Under the pieces are notes generated by a model, which saw nothing but the letters and a program-made list of their open reading frames with translations, had not been told where the DNA came from and ran no database searches. Made by a program: the position numbers and the translations under genes. Shown in pieces: positions 1 through 9,843 of a stretch of 64,000 nt of DNA (position 1 is its first letter; each line of letters opens with the position of its first letter). The stretch is from Candidatus Acidiferrum sp. (GTDB lineage Bacteria > Acidobacteriota > Terriglobia > Acidiferrales > UBA7541), in NCBI GenBank assembly GCA_035295625.1, contig DATGIS010000105.1, positions 8,074-72,073 on the forward strand, written 5' to 3'.

Positions 1-1020
1 GTGCGCGTACGCGTCGCGGGTAAGCACTTCGCGGAATGTAGCAAGGCCGGCAGCCATCGCCACACGATTCGTGTTGTACGTGCCGCCGTGAAAGACTTTG
101 TGATCGGCGATAAGGTTCATCACCTTGCGGCTTGCGCCGAATGCGCCGAGCGGCAATCCGCCGCCGATGGACTTGGCGAGGCAAATCATGTCTGGCTTGA
201 CGCCGAAATAATCGCTTGCGCCGCCCCAGGCGAGCTTCGCGCCGGTTTTGACCTCGTCAAAAATCAGCAACGCGCCGTTCGCGTCGCAGATTTTGCGAAG
301 GCCCTCGAGAAATCCCGGTTGCGGAATGCACAAGCCGACGTTCATCAAGATCGGCTCGAGGATAATCGCCGCGATTTGGCCAGGATACTGCTTGAATCGG
401 TTTTCGACGCTCGCGAGATTGTTAAAGCTCGCAATCAACACGTTGTCGACGGCAGCCTTCGGCACACCACCGCCGCCCGGAACAGAATTCGGAGCGTTCT
501 CGTCGCCGTACTCGGTCTCTTTCGGCTTCACGCTTACGAGCGCGGTGTCGTGTAAGCCGTGGTACGAGCCCTCAAACTTCACGATCTTGTCGCGGCCCGT
601 CGCGGCGCGAGCGATGCGGCAGGCGTGCATCGTCACTTCCGTTCCGCTTGAACCAAAGCGCACCATTTCGACCGGATAGCGCTTGCAGATTTCCTCGGCG
701 AGTTCCCATTCCTGGTCGTGCGGCATGCCGAACGTCGTGCCGAGATCGAGCTGTTCCTTCACCGCCTTTACAACCGCTGGATGGCAATGGCCCGCCATCA
801 ACGCGCCGAAACACAAGTTGTGGTCGACATATTCATTTCCGTCTACGTCGTGAATGCGGCCCGCTTTGCCGTCTTTCACAAAAATTGGATACGGCTCGTA
901 GTGGCGATAATTGCTTGCCACACCGAGCGGAATTCTTTCCAGCGCCCGTTTGTGCGCCGCGGCTGATTTCGGCGTCCTCTTTTCGTAGGTTGCGATTTCT
1001 TTTTGCAGTGCCTCGTACAT
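1..1020 (-). CDS. Class III PLP aminotransferase, glutamate-1-semialdehyde aminomutase-like; 3' end runs off the window
   Basis: Absent from the ORF track, so translated by hand from ATG 1020 (RBS GGGAG upstream): MYEALQKEIATYEKRTPKS...DVDGNEYVD...FGSSGTEVTM...KFEGSYHG...LIFDEVKTG...CLAKSIGGGLP (PLP lysine). Confidence 0.9.
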   Translation of the reverse strand, partial: MYEALQKEIATYEKRTPKSAAAHKRALERIPLGVASNYRHYEPYPIFVKDGKAGRIHDVDGNEYVDHNLCFGALMAGHCHPAVVKAVKEQLDLGTTFGMPHDQEWELAEEICKRYPVEMVRFGSSGTEVTMHACRIARAATGRDKIVKFEGSYHGLHDTALVSVKPKETEYGDENAPNSVPGGGGVPKAAVDNVLIASFNNLASVENRFKQYPGQIAAIILEPILMNVGLCIPQPGFLEGLRKICDANGALLIFDEVKTGAKLAWGGASDYFGVKPDMICLAKSIGGGLPLGAFGASRKVMNLIADHKVFHGGTYNTNRVAMAAGLATFREVLTRDAYAH

Positions 1021-1115
1021 AACTTCTCCCTGAATCCAGCCCGCCGTTTCACGGCGAACCTTGTTGCAGGTCTGTTCCCTGCTGTCAGTATCTTCCCAAA
1101 CTTTTTTTCTTAGAC

Positions 1116-1151
1116 GCGCACAAGCGCGGCCCTCGCGAGCCGCGCCTGCGC
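1116..1151 (-). terminator. GC hairpin between the TonB receptor and the aminotransferase
   Basis: GCGCGGC-N8-GCCGCGC stem; weak U-tract on the minus strand. Confidence 0.3.
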
Positions 1152-1171
1152 AATCATTTCTTGCAATTCCG

Positions 1172-4100
1172 CTAGAAGAAAATCTTCAAGCCAAACTGAA
1201 CCAACCTCGGATCTTTCGCCTTCTGAATCACCCCGAAGGTCGAATCGGAGAAATTTCCGTCCGGATTGTTAAATTGCGTGTGATTCCAGGCATTGTAGAA
1301 CTCAGCGCGAAATTCCGTGTCCCATCGCTCGCTGAACCTTGTCTTTTTGGAAATTACGAGGTCGGTATTGTTAATCGCCGGACCGCAGCACAAAGCGTGT
1401 GGCAAATTGCCAAAAGTGCCCGGAGCTGGGTCCGTGATGTTGCCGGTTGAAAAATATTGGCCCCCATTCTTCTTGGGATCGAGGAATTGAACTTTGCCAG
1501 TAACTTGTGGGGTGTTCGCATCCTCAAAGAAGAAGCTGCTTTGTAGTTCCGCGTCGTTTCCGTCTTGAATACGAATTGGGAATCCACTTTGATAAGTAAT
1601 AATCGCAGAGACTTGCCAGCCGTTGGTTGCTTTACCCGCAAAACCTTCCCTCTTCTTAAAGGGAATTTCCCACACCGGACTGAACACAAACCGGTGCTTG
1701 GCGCTGAGTAGCGAGACGCCACGCGTTGCCCGTGGATCGATAGGATTCAGCTCGTTTTCGAACGTCGCCCCTTGGTCGATGGCTTTGCTCCATGTGTAAG
1801 ACATTTGGAACAACAATCCGTGCGAGTAGTTTTTCTCCAACGACACCTGCAATGCGTTGTAGTTCGAGTTTCCTATGGTGTCTTCGGTGAAAATATTGCT
1901 GAACAGCGAAACCCCATCTGCTGGGCAGCCCACCGAGGTAAGTGGATTGCAGTTGGGCGAAGAATAGGGACGGATTCCGACCAGGTTAATCGGGGTATCG
2001 ACGGTCGGTGTGAACAAGCATGCCGCAGGCGCCCCGACTTGGGGACATGGAATGTTTGTCCCGTTTGGGCCACCCGGAATATAGGGCATGTGAAAGGACA
2101 CGCCCGCCGGCAGCGTAAAAGTGTAGTTATTGTCTGCGCCAACCGGTCCGCACGTCTGATTCAAATTCTTGAGAGGCAAATTCTGGAGGTCCAGACAAGT
2201 ATTTGCATTTCCGTAGTTCAGATCGCGGGATGCCAACAGGCGGTGCCCCTGTGTGCCGACATACGCCACACGGAGCAACATATCTTTACCCAACTGCCGC
2301 TCAATCGTGAAGTTGTATTGTTCCGAATACTGAGAACGCAGATGAGGCTGAAATTCGCCGAACAGCAACGCCGGTCGGAAGAGCGACCAGTCCACGCAAC
2401 CCTTGGGCCCGGCCGGATCGAAACATGGCGTATTCGGAGTCTGATTGATGATTCCTATCGCGTTGTTGGGACTCACTGCTCCGTTCTGTCCGAGATAAGG
2501 CGTGTTCATCATAGGATTCGAAAGAAATACGCTCACTCCGAACGGCGGCTCGGCGCTGAACTGTTCCATGACCAACTGCTCGATCGGATTGTAGAAAACT
2601 CCAAATCCGCCCCGAACCGTTGACTTCCCCGGACCGCCCGTCAGCTTCGCGAGCCATCCGTCGTGAGCTCCAGGGCTCCACGCCAAACCAAATCTGGGCG
2701 CAAATGCCTTGTAATACGTGCTTGTCAAAGCTTGCGGCACACCTTTGTCGCCGGGAAATACCAGTCCCAAGGGAAAATACGCATTGTTTCCATTGGTCGT
2801 ATTCTGGCCGCAGTCTCCTTGAGCGGCGCCCAAAGCGGCGGCACTACTCGCCGACAACCAGCAGGGATACTGCGTAGTCGCTTGTCCCGGTCGAAATGTT
2901 TGCAGGCGGTTCTTGGTATCGATGTACGGGGTGTTCAGTTCCCACCGCAGGCCGTAGTTAACCGTAATGTTGGGTTTAATTTTCCAACTGTCCTGCGCAA
3001 ATAGGTAGAGCGAGGTGTTGCGGTTGCTCAATCCTTGTGCCGCACCTTGCGAAAAAGTGAAGGGGAGACCCAAGAAATAATTAGGGTAGAAGTTGACCGT
3101 GGAGCTGTTCGTCGGATCAACAAACCCTACATCGTTTGAACCGCCACCTTGGTACGTGAAATCTCCATTGATATTGAAATAAAGAAATTGATCGAATCGT
3201 TGACGTCGAACATCGCCACCAAACTTTACGCTGTGCGAACCAATCACCTTGCTGTAGTTGTCTGACCACTGGAACGTGTTGCCGATTTGCGGCAATTCGC
3301 CCTCGAAGTTATTTCCGAGCGAGAAACCACCGGCCACATTCACAAACGGAACACCTTCCCTGCCCGGAATTACAGTCGTAATTCCAAGCGATGGGTTGGC
3401 AGGATCGGCGAAGCAGTTCGCGGCAGGGACGGCGGAACCGCAGGCATCATGCAAGCTCGCGAGTGTGTTAACAGGGTGGTTCAAATTGCCCTGTCCTTCT
3501 CGAAAATAATTAAATCGAAATTCATTGACCGCGTTACTTCCGATTGTCCAAGTATGGTTTACGTTCCATTGTTGTACCCGAGTCTTGAAGAGTCCGCCGA
3601 AGCCCGGGACATTCGCTCCGGCCGCCTGAAAGAACGAAAACGGCAACGTCGAATTGTCGTCCTCGAAATAGTAGTAAACGCTCAGCCGTTGCGAGGTATT
3701 AATCGAATGGTCAAATCGCACCGTAAATTGATCGGTCCGGCTCTTGTTTACCGGGGCGAAGTTCACCGCACCCGTTCCAAACGGTGCGACATAGTTCTGA
3801 TAGAGCGCTAAAGACGTCGGATCGAAGCAAGCCGTGGGAATCTTATTGTTTGGAAAAATCGCGGAATATGCCGTGCCCGCGGCGATCGGCGCGCCACCCG
3901 CTGCCGTTACTGCGTTGGCGCAACCCGTCCTGGCGTTCAGAGTGTCCGCAACAGTCTGGTCCTGAATCGTTCCGGTGAAAACACCGGAAGCTCCACCCGC
4001 GTCTACGCCCGAAAAATCGCCTCCGGCCTCTGCCGCGGTGGGCAAAAGCACCGATCCCGAAGAAATGCCTTTTCGAATTCGGTCGCCCTCATAGGAACCG

Positions 4101-5017
4101 AAAATAAAGGTCTTATCCTTTTTGATCGGCCCACCCAGCGTTCCGCCAAACTGGTTTTGCTTATAGTCAGGTACCGCACTATCGAAGAAGTTCTTCGTAT
4201 TCAACACTTTGTTCCGGAAAAATTCATAAAAATCGCCGTGCACAGCGTTCGTGCCGGACTTCGTAACTACGTTCACGACTGAACCGGAGTTGCGGCCGTA
4301 TTCCGCATCAAATGTGTTCGTCAAAACGCGAAACTCGTCGATCGCATCCGGCGAAGGCTGAATCGCCGGCCCGTTCACGAAGATGTCGTTGCCATCGCCA
4401 CCGTTCACCATGTAATTGTTCGAACGGCCACGGCCACCGTTGACCGAAACAACGCCCGGGTTGTCGCTGCCATAAAAAAGATCTGCGCCCAATTGGGATT
4501 GCACGCCGGGCTGAAGTTGCAGCAATTGGTAAGTGTTGCGTGTGTTGAGCGGCAGTTCGCGGACAGATTTGTCGGTCATCACCGCGCCGAGCTGCGTCGT
4601 CGTCGTATCAATCACCGGCGGCGCCCCGGTTACTTCCACCGTTTCTGTTCCACCACCGAGTTGCAACGACAGGTCCACGCTGACAACTTCGTTTAAGTTC
4701 AGAACAATCCCTTTTTGCACGGACTTCTTGAAACCGGTCTGCGTGGCATCCACTTCATAGGTGCCGACGGGCACTTCCAAAAACAAATAGGCGCCGTTGG
4801 AATCCGCATCGGCCGTCCGGCTGGTGTTCGTACCGGAGTTAATCAACGTCACCTTCGCTCCGACCACCGCGCCGCCTTGCGGGTCGGTAATCGTTCCGCG
4901 AATTCTGCCGCCTGTGCTCTGCGCATACGCTCCGGCTGCGACGATGGAGAGCAACAGCGCCAGCACTAAGAAAAAGCGACACACAACGAACTTGACTGTT
5001 CTTTCGTAGGACTTCAT
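1172..5017 (-). CDS. TonB-dependent receptor, Oar/carboxypeptidase-regulatory-domain type
   Basis: Signal peptide, GTITDPQGGAVVGAKVT N-domain, plug (LPLNTRN...EFRVLTNTFDAEYGR), C-terminal PRLVQFGLKIFF. Start placed at ATG 5017 after GGGGTG. Confidence 0.93.
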   Translation of the reverse strand: MKSYERTVKFVVCRFFLVLALLLSIVAAGAYAQSTGGRIRGTITDPQGGAVVGAKVTLINSGTNTSRTADADSNGAYLFLEVPVGTYEVDATQTGFKKSVQKGIVLNLNEVVSVDLSLQLGGGTETVEVTGAPPVIDTTTTQLGAVMTDKSVRELPLNTRNTYQLLQLQPGVQSQLGADLFYGSDNPGVVSVNGGRGRSNNYMVNGGDGNDIFVNGPAIQPSPDAIDEFRVLTNTFDAEYGRNSGSVVNVVTKSGTNAVHGDFYEFFRNKVLNTKNFFDSAVPDYKQNQFGGTLGGPIKKDKTFIFGSYEGDRIRKGISSGSVLLPTAAEAGGDFSGVDAGGASGVFTGTIQDQTVADTLNARTGCANAVTAAGGAPIAAGTAYSAIFPNNKIPTACFDPTSLALYQNYVAPFGTGAVNFAPVNKSRTDQFTVRFDHSINTSQRLSVYYYFEDDNSTLPFSFFQAAGANVPGFGGLFKTRVQQWNVNHTWTIGSNAVNEFRFNYFREGQGNLNHPVNTLASLHDACGSAVPAANCFADPANPSLGITTVIPGREGVPFVNVAGGFSLGNNFEGELPQIGNTFQWSDNYSKVIGSHSVKFGGDVRRQRFDQFLYFNINGDFTYQGGGSNDVGFVDPTNSSTVNFYPNYFLGLPFTFSQGAAQGLSNRNTSLYLFAQDSWKIKPNITVNYGLRWELNTPYIDTKNRLQTFRPGQATTQYPCWLSASSAAALGAAQGDCGQNTTNGNNAYFPLGLVFPGDKGVPQALTSTYYKAFAPRFGLAWSPGAHDGWLAKLTGGPGKSTVRGGFGVFYNPIEQLVMEQFSAEPPFGVSVFLSNPMMNTPYLGQNGAVSPNNAIGIINQTPNTPCFDPAGPKGCVDWSLFRPALLFGEFQPHLRSQYSEQYNFTIERQLGKDMLLRVAYVGTQGHRLLASRDLNYGNANTCLDLQNLPLKNLNQTCGPVGADNNYTFTLPAGVSFHMPYIPGGPNGTNIPCPQVGAPAACLFTPTVDTPINLVGIRPYSSPNCNPLTSVGCPADGVSLFSNIFTEDTIGNSNYNALQVSLEKNYSHGLLFQMSYTWSKAIDQGATFENELNPIDPRATRGVSLLSAKHRFVFSPVWEIPFKKREGFAGKATNGWQVSAIITYQSGFPIRIQDGNDAELQSSFFFEDANTPQVTGKVQFLDPKKNGGQYFSTGNITDPAPGTFGNLPHALCCGPAINNTDLVISKKTRFSERWDTEFRAEFYNAWNHTQFNNPDGNFSDSTFGVIQKAKDPRLVQFGLKIFF

Positions 5018-5064
5018 CACTTCACCCCTGTCCTCGAAGTTCAGTTTTGCACCATTCTTCGAGG

Positions 5065-5094
5065 TTGCTTGTGCCCCTGAAACCTTACTATAAT
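5065..5094 (+). promoter_or_regulatory. Sigma70-type promoter for the regulator-pot operon
   Basis: TTGCTT(5065)-N18-TATAAT(5089). Confidence 0.55.
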
Positions 5095-5100
5095 CCTGCA

Positions 5101-5129
5101 AACTTATGAGATGGCGGTCAGCGTGTCAA
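5101..5129 (-). promoter_or_regulatory. Sigma70-type promoter for the TonB receptor
   Basis: Minus strand TTGACA-N17-TAAGTT. Confidence 0.55.
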
Positions 5130-5953
5130 GAAGAAAGAATTTATCGTCAGCATCAGCGCCGCGCGATCCAGAGCCGCTCCTTCGCATCAGCGAAGTAGCG
5201 AAACGCGTTGGCATTTCCTCGTCGGCGCTTCGCGCATGGGAATCGCTTGGCCTCGTTGCGCCTCACCGCACGCAAAGCAAGTACCGCCTTTATTCCATCG
5301 AAGACGTACGCGTCCTGCAGCGCGCGATTTTTCTGCGCCGCGCGCGCGGACTGAATCCCGCCGCGATCGTTCACGTCCTCAAACGCCAGGGCGTCGTTTC
5401 CGTTCCTGCGGAAAGCGTCCTCTCGCCCGGCCAGCGCTTTCGCCGATTGCGCCAAAAACGAAATCTTTCTCTCGTGCAGGTCGCCCGTGCAACGGGAGTC
5501 TCCGTTGGATTTTTGAGTGCACTCGAGCGTGGCCAGATGCGTGCCTCAGTGGCAACGCTCACCCGCATCGCGCGCTTCTATCGCACCAATCTGCTTTCTT
5601 TTTTTGACTCCTCCAAGAAAAACTCGCGCCTCGTGCTGCAATCGGAGCGTCGCGTTCTTGAAACCACCAAGGGTGTTCGCATGGAGCTTCTCGCCTGGGG
5701 CAACAAAGCAATGGAACCGCACCTGTTTCGCATCAAGCCCGGCAGCGGCAGCGGCGAGCCTTACACCCACGAGGGCGAAGAGTTTCTGCACATCATTCGG
5801 GGCGAATTTGAAATCTGGCTCGGCGAAGACGAGCACTATAAACTCAATGCGGGCGACAGCCTCTATTTCGAAAGCTCCACGCCGCATCGCTGGCGCAATC
5901 CGGGCTCTTCGGAATCGTGGCTGCTCTGGATCAACACGCCGCCAACTTTCTAG
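5111..5953 (+). CDS. Transcriptional regulator: MerR HTH + XRE HTH + cupin (PuuR-like C-terminal part)
   Basis: LRISEVAKRVGISSSALRAWESLGL (MerR); LSLVQVARATGVSVGFLSALERG (XRE); HEGEEFLHI...GDSLYFESSTPHRW (cupin). Confidence 0.9.
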   Translation: MAVSVSRRKNLSSASAPRDPEPLLRISEVAKRVGISSSALRAWESLGLVAPHRTQSKYRLYSIEDVRVLQRAIFLRRARGLNPAAIVHVLKRQGVVSVPAESVLSPGQRFRRLRQKRNLSLVQVARATGVSVGFLSALERGQMRASVATLTRIARFYRTNLLSFFDSSKKNSRLVLQSERRVLETTKGVRMELLAWGNKAMEPHLFRIKPGSGSGEPYTHEGEEFLHIIRGEFEIWLGEDEHYKLNAGDSLYFESSTPHRWRNPGSSESWLLWINTPPTF

Positions 5954-5979
5954 TTCGCATCGTCGCTCTCGGGGGCCTC

Positions 5980-7041
5980 ATGAAACGCCGGTTCTGCTTT
6001 CTCGCATTCCTGCTCGCCGTGATTTGCGCGTCCGCTTGTCAGAAAAAACAAACCACACTCAATCTTCTCGTCTGGGAAGGTTACGCGGACGAATCGTTCA
6101 TCAAGGAATTCGAACAGACACATCATTGCAAAGTCTCCGCTTCGTACATGGGATCAAGCGATGAACTCGTTGCAAAGCTTCGCGGAGGCAGCGCCGCCAA
6201 CTATGACGTAATCTCCCCTTCGAGCGACGTCGCCGTGATGATCACGCGCGCTGGTCTCGCTGCTCCCCTTGAGCTGGCTAACTTTCCCGAATACTCCGAA
6301 CTTTCTGTGAAGCTGCGCGACATACCTCTCGTAAAAGCGGACGGCAAGACGTACGGCGTTCCTTTCATGTGGGGCCCCAATCCGTTGCTGTACGACGCCA
6401 GCGCCGTTTCTCCCGCGCCCGCTTCATGGAGCGAATTCTGGGACGCGAAGTACAAAGGCAAAATTTCCGTCTGGGACGATCTCTCCACGGTATACATGGC
6501 GGCGCAAGTGCTCGGCTACGACAAGCCGGATCCGGGCCAACTCTACAATCTTTCCGACGCGCAGCTCGATGAAGTGAAAAAGAAGCTGCTCGCGCTAAAA
6601 CCAAACGTCCGCAAAATGTGGACTTCCGGCGGCGAACTCACAAATCTTTTCCAGAATCACGAAGTCACTCTGGCGATGGGCTGGCCTCTCAATACAAACC
6701 AGCTTCGTCAACTGAATTTTCCCATCGGTGAAACGATCCCGAAAGAAAACACAACCGGCTGGATCGATCATTTGATGATTACCGCCGCCAGTCCGCACAA
6801 GGAACTCGCCGCGGAATTTTTGCGCTACATGATGCAAGCCAAAACGCAAAAACTCGTCACCGACATAACGCATTACACTCCCGCAAATCCCGGCGCCGCG
6901 AAGTTCCTCACGCCGGACCAGGTAAAGGGCCTTCACCTCGACGACCCTGATGCCTACATGCAGCGAATCTATTTCTGGCAGGACGTTCCGCGCCGCGCGA
7001 AGTACAACGAAATCTGGAATGAGGTCAAAGCCGCGCAGTGA
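5980..7041 (+). CDS. potD: Spermidine/putrescine ABC transporter substrate-binding lipoprotein
   Basis: Lipobox-like ASAC; [25 protein letters not shown]; lies upstream of potABC. Confidence 0.85.
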   Translation: MKRRFCFLAFLLAVICASACQKKQTTLNLLVWEGYADESFIKEFEQTHHCKVSASYMGSSDELVAKLRGGSAANYDVISPSSDVAVMITRAGLAAPLELANFPEYSELSVKLRDIPLVKADGKTYGVPFMWGPNPLLYDASAVSPAPASWSEFWDAKYKGKISVWDDLSTVYMAAQVLGYDKPDPGQLYNLSDAQLDEVKKKLLALKPNVRKMWTSGGELTNLFQNHEVTLAMGWPLNTNQLRQLNFPIGETIPKENTTGWIDHLMITAASPHKELAAEFLRYMMQAKTQKLVTDITHYTPANPGAAKFLTPDQVKGLHLDDPDAYMQRIYFWQDVPRRAKYNEIWNEVKAAQ

Positions 7042-8099
7042 GCGCCGCCGCTTCCACTTCGCCGCGCGCACCGCTGCTCGAAGTTCGCGCCGTGAGCAAA
7101 CGCTTCGGCGAAAAAGAAGTGCTCAAAACACTTTCGCTCGACATCGCACGGGGGGAATTCCTCACGTTGCTCGGCGAAAGCGGCTCTGGAAAAACAACGC
7201 TGCTCCGCCTCATCGCGGGATTCGAACAGCCGACATCCGGCGAAATCTGGATGAGCGGCGCGCGTCTCGACACACTTCCGCCCTACGAACGCCGCGTCAA
7301 CACCGTCTTTCAACAATACGCCCTCTTTCCCCATCTGGACGTCAGCGAAAACGTCGCTTACGGACTCCGCGCAAATAACGCGCCGAAATCCGAAATTCCT
7401 ACGCGCGTCGAACAGGCGCTTGCAATGGTTCGCATGGCCGAGTACGCCCAGGCCAAACCAACGAAACTTTCCGGCGGCCAACAACAGCGCGTGGCGCTCG
7501 CGCGTGCGCTCGTAAATCGGCCTCAGCTTCTTCTTCTCGATGAACCGCTTTCCGCTCTCGATGCGAATCTTCGCAAAGAAATGCAAGGCGAACTGAAGTC
7601 CCTACAACGCGAAGTCGGCATCACCTTTCTTTTCGTCACGCACGATCAGGAAGAAGCCATGGCGCTCTCCGACCGTATCGCCCTGCTCAAAGATGGCAAT
7701 CTCGAACAAGTCGCTTCACCGCGCGAGATTTACGCACACCCCGCCACTGCCTACACCGCGCAATTCATCGGCCAGACGAATCTTCTTCGCGGCAGCGTCC
7801 GCGCGGGCATCGCCGAGTGCGGCCCGCTCCGCTTTCGAACAAACGCGCCCGACGGCGTCGCTTGTTTTTCCTTGCGTCCCGAGGCTATCTCGCTCGCGGC
7901 GAACGCTCCCGCAATCTCCAGCGTCGAAACGTTTCGCGCCACAATCCGCCAGCAATTCTTCAGCGGCTCAACCGAGCTTCTCGAACTCCTCTGTTCCGAT
8001 GGCCAGATCCTTCGCGCCCGAGTTGAAGCGCAAGGTCCTCTCTCTGGCGAACAGGAGTTTGTTTTTTCCGCGGCAGCTGCAGTCTCAGTGAAACCCTAG
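7038..8099 (+). CDS. potA: Polyamine ABC transporter ATPase
   Basis: [44 protein letters not shown]. Confidence 0.9.
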   Translation: MSAAASTSPRAPLLEVRAVSKRFGEKEVLKTLSLDIARGEFLTLLGESGSGKTTLLRLIAGFEQPTSGEIWMSGARLDTLPPYERRVNTVFQQYALFPHLDVSENVAYGLRANNAPKSEIPTRVEQALAMVRMAEYAQAKPTKLSGGQQQRVALARALVNRPQLLLLDEPLSALDANLRKEMQGELKSLQREVGITFLFVTHDQEEAMALSDRIALLKDGNLEQVASPREIYAHPATAYTAQFIGQTNLLRGSVRAGIAECGPLRFRTNAPDGVACFSLRPEAISLAANAPAISSVETFRATIRQQFFSGSTELLELLCSDGQILRARVEAQGPLSGEQEFVFSAAAAVSVKP

Positions 8100-8101
8100 C
8101 G

Positions 8102-8947
8102 ATGTACTCCCGCCTCTACAAACTCGCTGTGTCCCTTCCGCCGCTCTTCTGGGTCGTTCTCTTTCTTCTCGTTCCGTATTCGCTCATGTTCGCGCACTCA
8201 TTTTGGCTGACGCAGGATGGCGTCATCCTTCACAACTGGAGTCTCCACCAATATTCGCAACTCTTCTTGAATTCGCTTTACGCCGGCGTCTTCTTCCGCA
8301 CCATGCGAATCGCCGCTTCCGTCACAATTCTTTCTCTACTCCTCGGCTACCCGCTCGCGTACTTCCTCTCCTTTCACGCCGGTCCGCGCAAAGAACTCCT
8401 CTATCAGCTCGTCATCGTTCCCCTCTGGGTCAGCTATCTCGTTCGTGGGTACGCGTGGAAAACAATCCTCGGCACCGATGGCGTGCTCAATGGCTTCCTC
8501 CAATATCTTCACGTCACACACGAGCCAGTTTCGGCGCTGCTCTACAGTCCCTTCGCCGTTGTGCTCATGCTGACTCACATCTACACTCCATTTGTCTTCT
8601 TGCCGATTTACGCCGCGCTCGAACACATTCCGCGTCCGCTCCTCGAAGCCTCACACGACCTCGGCGCCAATCCGCGTTCCACTTTCTTCCGAGTCGTGCT
8701 TCCTCTCTCTATGCCCGGGCTTCTCGCTGGCGCCACGTTCGCTTTTGTTCTGACGCTCGGCGACTTCCTCGCGCCACTTCTCGTCGGCGGCCCAAGTGGC
8801 ACAATGATCGCAAACGTCGTTCAATCTCTTTTCGGCGCCGCTTATGACTGGCCGCTTGGTGCGGCAATTTCCGTCTTCATCCTCTTGACGACCGTCGGTC
8901 TGCTCTTCTGCACCGAGCGGCTCGAAAAGCGTTGGACTTTTCAATGA
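8102..8947 (+). CDS. potB: Polyamine ABC transporter permease
   Basis: LLLGYPLAY, PLWVSYLVR, EASHDLGA (EAA loop). Confidence 0.88.
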   Translation: MYSRLYKLAVSLPPLFWVVLFLLVPYSLMFAHSFWLTQDGVILHNWSLHQYSQLFLNSLYAGVFFRTMRIAASVTILSLLLGYPLAYFLSFHAGPRKELLYQLVIVPLWVSYLVRGYAWKTILGTDGVLNGFLQYLHVTHEPVSALLYSPFAVVLMLTHIYTPFVFLPIYAALEHIPRPLLEASHDLGANPRSTFFRVVLPLSMPGLLAGATFAFVLTLGDFLAPLLVGGPSGTMIANVVQSLFGAAYDWPLGAAISVFILLTTVGLLFCTERLEKRWTFQ

Positions 8948-9747
8948 GCGGGACGCCTTCAGCTTCGCGCCGCCCTTTGTTCCTCACGGGATATTCGATC
9001 GTTGTTTTCGCCTTCATTTATCTCCCGATTCTCGTTTTGGTCATCTATTCGTTCAATCGGGACGGCGTCGGCGGCTTCCCCCCACAGCATTTCACGTTGG
9101 ACTGGTATCGTCAGCTTGCTGCTGATTCCGCCCTGTGGAACGCGGTCGTCAATTCTCTCTACGTCGCTTCCGGCGCCGTGGTGGTTTCGCTCACGCTCGG
9201 CCTCCTTGCCGCCCTGGCGCTGGACCGCGCCGATTTTCCCGGCAAAGCGCTCTTCCGCAGACTCGTTCTTCTGCCACTTATCCTCCCGGGCATCATCACC
9301 GGCCTATCCTTATTAATGTTCGCGGTCGCAGTCGGACTCGGCCGCGGCCTCACCGCTGTCTTCTTCGGCCATGGCACGGCCCTTATCTCGGTCGCAACCA
9401 CAGAAATCTTTGCCGGCCTCCAGAAGCTCGATCGCCGTCAGGAGGAAGCCTCGCTCGACCTCGGCGCGACGCCCTGGCGCACGTTCTGGCATGTCACTCT
9501 GCCAAATCTCCGTCTTTCTCTCATCGCTGCGGGCCTTCTCATCTTCACGCTCTCCATGGACGAAATCGCCGTCACCTTCTTCCTGATCGGCAGCGACAAC
9601 ACTCTCCCCCAGGAAATTTGGGGCCGTCTGCGTCGCGGCATCACTCCCGAAATCAACGCCATCTCAACGCTCATTCTTCTCGTCTCCATCGTGCTGATCA
9701 CGATTTGGTATCACCTTCGCAGCCGTTCGGAACGCCACGCACACTGA
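8944..9747 (+). CDS. potC: Polyamine ABC transporter permease
   Basis: YLPILVLVIYSFN, FTLDWY, EEASLDLGA, ITPEINAISTL; ATGA overlap with potB. Confidence 0.88.
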   Translation: MSGTPSASRRPLFLTGYSIVVFAFIYLPILVLVIYSFNRDGVGGFPPQHFTLDWYRQLAADSALWNAVVNSLYVASGAVVVSLTLGLLAALALDRADFPGKALFRRLVLLPLILPGIITGLSLLMFAVAVGLGRGLTAVFFGHGTALISVATTEIFAGLQKLDRRQEEASLDLGATPWRTFWHVTLPNLRLSLIAAGLLIFTLSMDEIAVTFFLIGSDNTLPQEIWGRLRRGITPEINAISTLILLVSIVLITIWYHLRSRSERHAH

Positions 9748-9843
9748 ATCTCGTGCCGAGATTCAACCGCGGCGTTGTCTTTTCTCTGTGCGCTCTCACA
9801 CCTCTGTGTTAAAAATCACGGGTAACTTCATCAGGAGCCCCGG

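Noticed and set aside
1-555. Plus-strand ORFs at the left edge
   Set aside because: Shadows of the minus-strand aminotransferase that the ORF track missed.
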